A stretch of 63,312 bases of DNA, the filler included, from Stramenopiles sp. TOSAG23-3 (taxonomy: Eukaryota): the NCBI GenBank assembly GCA_900128585.1. It is 10 parts of 10 records of this genome, joined end to end, with 100 filler letters (N's around TTAATTAATTAA, not from the genome) between each part and the next. Parts side by side here need not be neighbours in the genome. Positions count along the whole stretch, not along the records: positions 58,006 to 59,708 come from LT645515.1; positions 59,809 to 61,511 come from LT645516.1; positions 61,612 to 63,312 come from LT645517.1; 7 more parts are not named here. One strand, given 5' to 3'. Of the stretch, positions 58,794 through 63,312 are shown piece after piece; the first letter of the stretch is position 1, and each line of letters opens with the position of its first letter. The notes beneath the pieces are model-generated. The model was not told the DNA's origin, ran no database searches, and worked only from the letters and a program-made list of their open reading frames with translations. A program made the position numbers and the translations under genes.

Positions 58794-59684
58794 TCAGACC
58801 AACTTGGCCTTTGCATACCTTTCCGTTCGTAGGAAAGGCTTCGCAGTCCTCCCTTTGCCCGTGAAATAACGCTCTTCAAAGTCCTCCACGGTGACGTCCT
58901 CAACGATTTCATAGGAAAAGTTTGTCATAAAACTTGCGAAGCCGTCTTTGCTCCAACTGGTAATCCATTGCTCGTTATTTGGCAAGCTTTTTAGCAATCT
59001 GCGGATGAAGGATGGGTCTTCCGAGATATTCTCTTTTATCTCTTCGTCGCTACCAAACGTCGCTTTATCGACGTAGCTGATCCCAACGATGGATCCTGGT
59101 GCTACCAATTCCTTCAGACTTTGCAGTGTTTCCGCCGTTGCACTCTCGGGAATATACTGGGACACTCCCTCGATAAGAACCACGGATTTAACGCCCGCCT
59201 TGAAGTTTTTATGGTCCGCCAGCTTTAAAACGTTCTCTTTGTTAAAGTCCAGTTCGACGAGGTGAAGATTTGCCCACTGCGCCTCGGTCAAGTTAAGCTT
59301 TTTGTACCCGTACTTTTTTAATTCGTGAACTTCTTTCTGGTCTATTTCAAACTTGGGAATGCCACCAAGCTCATCAATTCTGATCGATCGCGTATCATAC
59401 CCTGCCCCGAGAATAATCAGTTGCTCGCACCCGTCTTTGACGGCGTCCCGGCAAATGTCGTCTAACCAGCGAGTCCGTCCGACGAGCATAGGGTATATCC
59501 CCGGTGCTTTCTCTCTCCAGCCATCGATCATTTTGTCCACATTCATACGACTCATTATACACACTCCTATGGGGGCAAATTGCCCAGCATAGGGGTCGGA
59601 AAAGAGCTGATATTCTTCAGGGAGCATGTACTCGACGTACCTTACCTTTGCGACTCCCATCGCCGTCTTGTCCGCCCGTTTCAT
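58794..59684 (-). CDS. Class I SAM-dependent methyltransferase, LCM/ML2640-like family
   Basis: TAMGVAKVR, LFSDPYA, RTRWLDD, QLIILGAGYDTRS, FEIDQ, LIEGVSQYI. Confidence 0.88.
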   Translation of the reverse strand: MKRADKTAMGVAKVRYVEYMLPEEYQLFSDPYAGQFAPIGVCIMSRMNVDKMIDGWREKAPGIYPMLVGRTRWLDDICRDAVKDGCEQLIILGAGYDTRSIRIDELGGIPKFEIDQKEVHELKKYGYKKLNLTEAQWANLHLVELDFNKENVLKLADHKNFKAGVKSVVLIEGVSQYIPESATAETLQSLKELVAPGSIVGISYVDKATFGSDEEIKENISEDPSFIRRLLKSLPNNEQWITSWSKDGFASFMTNFSYEIVEDVTVEDFEERYFTGKGRTAKPFLRTERYAKAKLV

Positions 59685-60024
59685 GCACGGACAGAAGCAG
59701 TTACGCGANNNNNNNNNNNNNNNNNNNNNNNNNNNNNNNNNNNNNNNNNNNNTTAATTAATTAANNNNNNNNNNNNNNNNNNNNNNNNNNNNNNNNNNNN
59801 NNNNNNNNTTTGTTGAGTTCAAATCGCCTTTCACAAGAAAAGAAATATTACCACCTGGTAATAATTCTTCTCATTGGAATAAAAATAATTCCTCTGTGAT
59901 GATTGACAATCATCGACGACGAAACAAATTAAAACATCAAGACAGGATCAGGGTTGGAATTGAAATAGTAATTGATTTAAAATGAGAGTCTTAAAACATA
60001 CTATATAATTTGTTTTTTATATAT

Positions 60025-60047
60025 ATAACAGCCATTATTTTGTTTTT
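60025..60047 (-). promoter_or_regulatory. Conserved gene-tail element, copy 8
   Basis: ataacagccattattttgttttt, ~65 nt downstream of the minus-strand stop at 60112. Confidence 0.55.
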
Positions 60048-60111
60048 AAATTTAAAGAGGTTCGATGATAAATGTTGTTTTCAGTCAACGTCTACGCACT
60101 TCACCCCACGA

Positions 60112-61511
60112 TCAGCACCCACTGTCATGACCCCGTGACAACAAACGCCTCCTTCTTTGATTGGGCTCTTCCGAATGAAACGTCAGCCCTTTGAACTCTA
60201 CCTTCAACCCAAACTTCTTGGCGCTCCATTCCATTGTGTCGCAGTTTTCCCGGAGGTAGTCTCCAAACTCCGCCGGGATCACGTCTTCCCATGTCACGTT
60301 GCCCCCCTTAATGTGCGCGCGATCCGTCACCGTGTCGTGGACCCACTTCGCAAAGTCCCGGCCCAGAGAACTTTCGTCTTTAAGACCCAAGATTTCCACT
60401 CCCTCATCATCTCCCAACAGCCTCCTTCTACGCGCCGACTGTGCCGGCGCCGGGAAGGCCAACCCGTTTCTCGCCATTCCAGTGTACAAATCGAGGTGCA
60501 TGGGAACCCCACAGCCTCCCTCGTTGGAACCAGAAACGGGGCAAACGCACAGCGGATTTTTTCGGTTCAAGTTCATCCACAGGGCAAGGCAGGACGTTTT
60601 GTCGCTTTTGTTCCCTCGTGTTTGCAAAACGGTGGGGCAATTTTTCTCTTCGTACGCCTTCAGTTTTCTCCCGCACGCGCACAGGGCGGTATTGTACGCC
60701 GAAAAGCTTCTTCGGAATTGGAACGTGCCGGTGCTGTCGTCGACGATAAGTTCGACATCTGACGCATTCCGCAAGGCAACCACAATGCTGTCGATAAATT
60801 TTTCCTTTTCTTCCTCAGTCGCGTCTTCGGTGGTTTGTGCGCCACAGTTGGTCGCGTCGCAAAGTAGCTGAAGTTCTTCTGTTGGGGAATTTTTGAGTTG
60901 CTGTCGGTCAATAATTTTCGCTTCCTTTTTCTGCTCAATATGTTTTGCAGGATTTTGTCTTTCGGGACCACTAACACCAGCCTTTTTGGGTCCTTCCGCG
61001 CCCTTTAAAGAAGGCAGACTCGGTGTTACCTCAGAATAGCCGTTGAAGGACGCTTTGGCTGCTTGTATCTGGGCTACTTTTTCTTTGCGCTGTTTTTCTG
61101 CTGCTTGTAATTTTGGGGCTGCTGTTTTCGCAGTCTGTTCGTTTTTCTTCTTCTTCATTTCTTCGTCTTTCTTCTTCTCCGTTTCTTCCTTCTTCGTTTT
61201 CTCTTCGTTTTTCTTCTGCGTTTCCTCCTGATTCATCACTGGAGCAGTTGGCTGTTTCCTCCTTTGTTCCTGAACCGTTTTCGTATTCTCTTCGTTTTTC
61301 TTCTGTTCGTTTTTCTTCTTCTGCGTTTCCTCCTGAACCGTTTTCGTTTTCTCTTCGTTCGCTTTAACGTTCTGGATACACTTATTTCGTAGGCCTGGAT
61401 CAGTCACAAGCGTACACCCAACCAGTTCATTTATCACTGGAGCAGTTGGCTGTTTCCTCCTTTGTTCCTGAACCGTTTTCGTTTTCTCTTCGTTTTTCTT
61501 CTGCGTTTCCT
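60112..61511 (-). CDS. 5'-truncated protein with charged repeats, Cys-rich region and two RRRRLL motifs
   Basis: Frame open to the contig edge; repeated TVQEQRRKQPTAPV; ARRRRLLG and terminal QRRRRLLSRGHDSGC. Confidence 0.6.
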
Positions 61512-61722
61512 NNNNNNNNNNNNNNNNNNNNNNNNNNNNNNNNNNNNNNNNNNNNTTAATTAATTAANNNNNNNNNNNNNNNNNNNNNNNNNNNNNNNNN
61601 NNNNNNNNNNNGCTTGGGAAGTTCATACCAAGGTCCAAACGCTGTATTTCTGTCCACTGGTGTATAAATATATTTGTAAATATAGAAAATAGTAGTATAT
61701 ACTAGATTTCAGGTGTTTTACC

Positions 61723-63177
61723 TTAAATTATCCACTTTTCACTTTCCCATTCTTGTTTGAACTTTGATTTGACTTCTTCGCCAATTTGATTATTATTCAA
61801 CCAAAGCTGATGCAATGCTTTCATCTCAGGCAAGGCTTTGGACAAATGTTCTAGACCTGCATCGCCGATTTGATTATGGCTCAACCAAAGCTGTTTCAAT
61901 GCTTCCATTTCAGGCAACGTTTTGGACAGATGCTGTAGACCTACATCGCCGATTTGATTTTCATACAAACAAAGTTCTCGCAATGCTTTCACCTCAGCCA
62001 ACGCGTTGGACAAATGTTGTAGACCTGCATCGCCGATTTGATTCCTACTTAAATCAAGCTTGTTCAATACTTTCATTTCAGGCAACGCTTTGGACAACTG
62101 TGCTAGACCTGCATCGCCTACTTGATTAAGGGTTAAATTAAGGTTGTTCAATGCTTTCATCTCAGGCAACGCTTTGGACAAATGCTCTAGACCTGCATCG
62201 CCGATTTTATTAAAACCTAAATAAAGTGCTTCCAAAGCTTTCATCTTGCTCAAAGCGGGAGCCAAGACTTTGCAGTGTTCGGAGGTTATTTTTTTCTCAT
62301 AGAAATCCAATTTGCCTGTGAAAGCACTCCCTTGCTTCAAAATTGCTACGTTTTCTTCGCCAACAATTTCGGTCAGGACCTCCCAATCGATAGGTTCGTC
62401 CTCTATTTTTAGTTGGGAGATGTTGTTGACTGATGCTGCTTTTTTTAAAGCTTCCAATTCAAGTTTTAGTTGCTTCATTTCTTCGTCGTCTTCCTTTTTT
62501 TGCTTTGCTACCGCGTCTTCGATTTCTTTTTTTCTTCTCGCTTCTTCTTCTTTTTGTCTTTGGGCTTTCAGACTGACCTCTGTGTAGGCTTTTTGAACAG
62601 GTGGAACGTCTCGCAGCCAACTTCCTTCTTTGCAGCCAGTTATTTCTGGGTCTACAAAAAAAGCATAATGAAAGTTTTTATCGTCAATGTCTATTGTCGT
62701 CCTCTCTGCACCCCAACTATTACAGCCTCTCAGAATAGGTCGTTCGTCGTATGCGTGGTCAACTGCAATGGCATGGCGATTGTGTGCGTTTTTACTTGTG
62801 GAAATGCACACTGCCGTTAACAACACTTGGTCGTATTTTCGAACGTGGTCATACACTTCGTTTATATCGTTTTTTTTATCCGAATGTTTAATTTTTATTT
62901 GATAACGTTTTTGTTTGTCGATATCTTCAAACCATTTATCGGAATATTTTTTGTTCCAAGCCTTACACATTTCGACAATATAACCTCCTTCAAATATGTC
63001 TGGATTGGAAAATTTAATCGCTGCAATGATAGCATGGTAGTCTAATGCAACTCCATATTTATGCAATATACTGTCGGTCAACACTTTTGTAAAGGCAAAA
63101 GCCACACAAGTTCCAAAGTTTCCTTGGTTTAGGGGCATGGACATACCTTCTAGATCGTCCGTTGCTAAGCTGGTCAT
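61723..63177 (-). CDS. Papain-like (clan CA, C1-type) cysteine peptidase + coiled coil + RI-type leucine-rich repeats
   Basis: NQGNFGTCVAFA (Gln18/Cys24, papain spacing), RHAIAV (His), CNSWG (Asn); charged helix; about 5.5 repeats of 28 aa, MKALxxLxLxxNQIGDAGLxHLSKALPE; no signal peptide or propeptide. Confidence 0.85.
   Translation of the reverse strand: MTSLATDDLEGMSMPLNQGNFGTCVAFAFTKVLTDSILHKYGVALDYHAIIAAIKFSNPDIFEGGYIVEMCKAWNKKYSDKWFEDIDKQKRYQIKIKHSDKKNDINEVYDHVRKYDQVLLTAVCISTSKNAHNRHAIAVDHAYDERPILRGCNSWGAERTTIDIDDKNFHYAFFVDPEITGCKEGSWLRDVPPVQKAYTEVSLKAQRQKEEEARRKKEIEDAVAKQKKEDDEEMKQLKLELEALKKAASVNNISQLKIEDEPIDWEVLTEIVGEENVAILKQGSAFTGKLDFYEKKITSEHCKVLAPALSKMKALEALYLGFNKIGDAGLEHLSKALPEMKALNNLNLTLNQVGDAGLAQLSKALPEMKVLNKLDLSRNQIGDAGLQHLSNALAEVKALRELCLYENQIGDVGLQHLSKTLPEMEALKQLWLSHNQIGDAGLEHLSKALPEMKALHQLWLNNNQIGEEVKSKFKQEWESEKWII
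61775..62244 (-). repeat. 84-nt coding tandem repeat (LRR units)
   Basis: agacctgcatcgccgatttgatt and tttcatctcaggcaacgctttggacaaatg recur at 84-nt period. Confidence 0.92.
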
Positions 63178-63312
63178 GTTTTAAAAACACCCTTTTTTAA
63201 AAAACAGATTTTTTGATTTATGGTGTGAATTTTGAATAAAATAAAGTTTGGTTTGTGATGTTGATTGGTGCGGATTTGTTTTGTTTGTTTCTTTTGTTTG
63301 TGAGCATAAATT

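Noticed and set aside
61775-62244. CRISPR-like constant/variable periodic array
   Set aside because: The 84-nt period is in frame and encodes LRRs; eukaryotic context, no cas genes
54396-63312. Apparent cluster of secreted and defence-like genes
   Set aside because: Five separate ~1.7 kb contigs sorted by length; adjacency is artificial

Overview
This is eukaryotic genomic DNA from a compact, apparently intron-poor and probably flagellated protist (stramenopile-like by inference only). The window is not one locus. It is ten contigs (five of ~10.8 kb, five of ~1.7 kb, in descending length) joined by artificial 100-nt spacers (44 N + TTAATTAATTAA + 44 N), so only within-contig adjacency is meaningful. 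About 24 protein genes are supported, including ZMYND12-like, RPT2, an ankyrin-WW kinesin-14, KRI1, PP2C, partial VPS13, prenylcysteine oxidase, ALDH, SDR, a RING E3, RUVBL2, an atypical Rab, an LCM-type methyltransferase and several secreted Cys-rich proteins. Intergenic DNA is AT-rich and microsatellite-rich. Three things stand out. (1) One gene (17052-20413) fuses WW domains, a PCIF1/CAPAM cap m6Am methyltransferase, an RNMT/Abd1 cap guanine-N7 methyltransferase and a soluble GT7 (beta-1,4-galactosyltransferase-type) glycosyltransferase, a candidate all-in-one cap-modifying and possibly cap-glycosylating enzyme. (2) A cytosolic papain-like protease/coiled-coil/LRR protein has repeats that vary mostly at the predicted ligand-facing residues, a candidate immune receptor. 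(3) A conserved ~25-40 nt element (AAACAAGAAAATTGGCTGTTATTT...) recurs just downstream of stop codons on seven independent contigs. Three genes are broken by single-base frame changes, most likely assembly indels. All family assignments come from motif recognition by eye; no searches were run.
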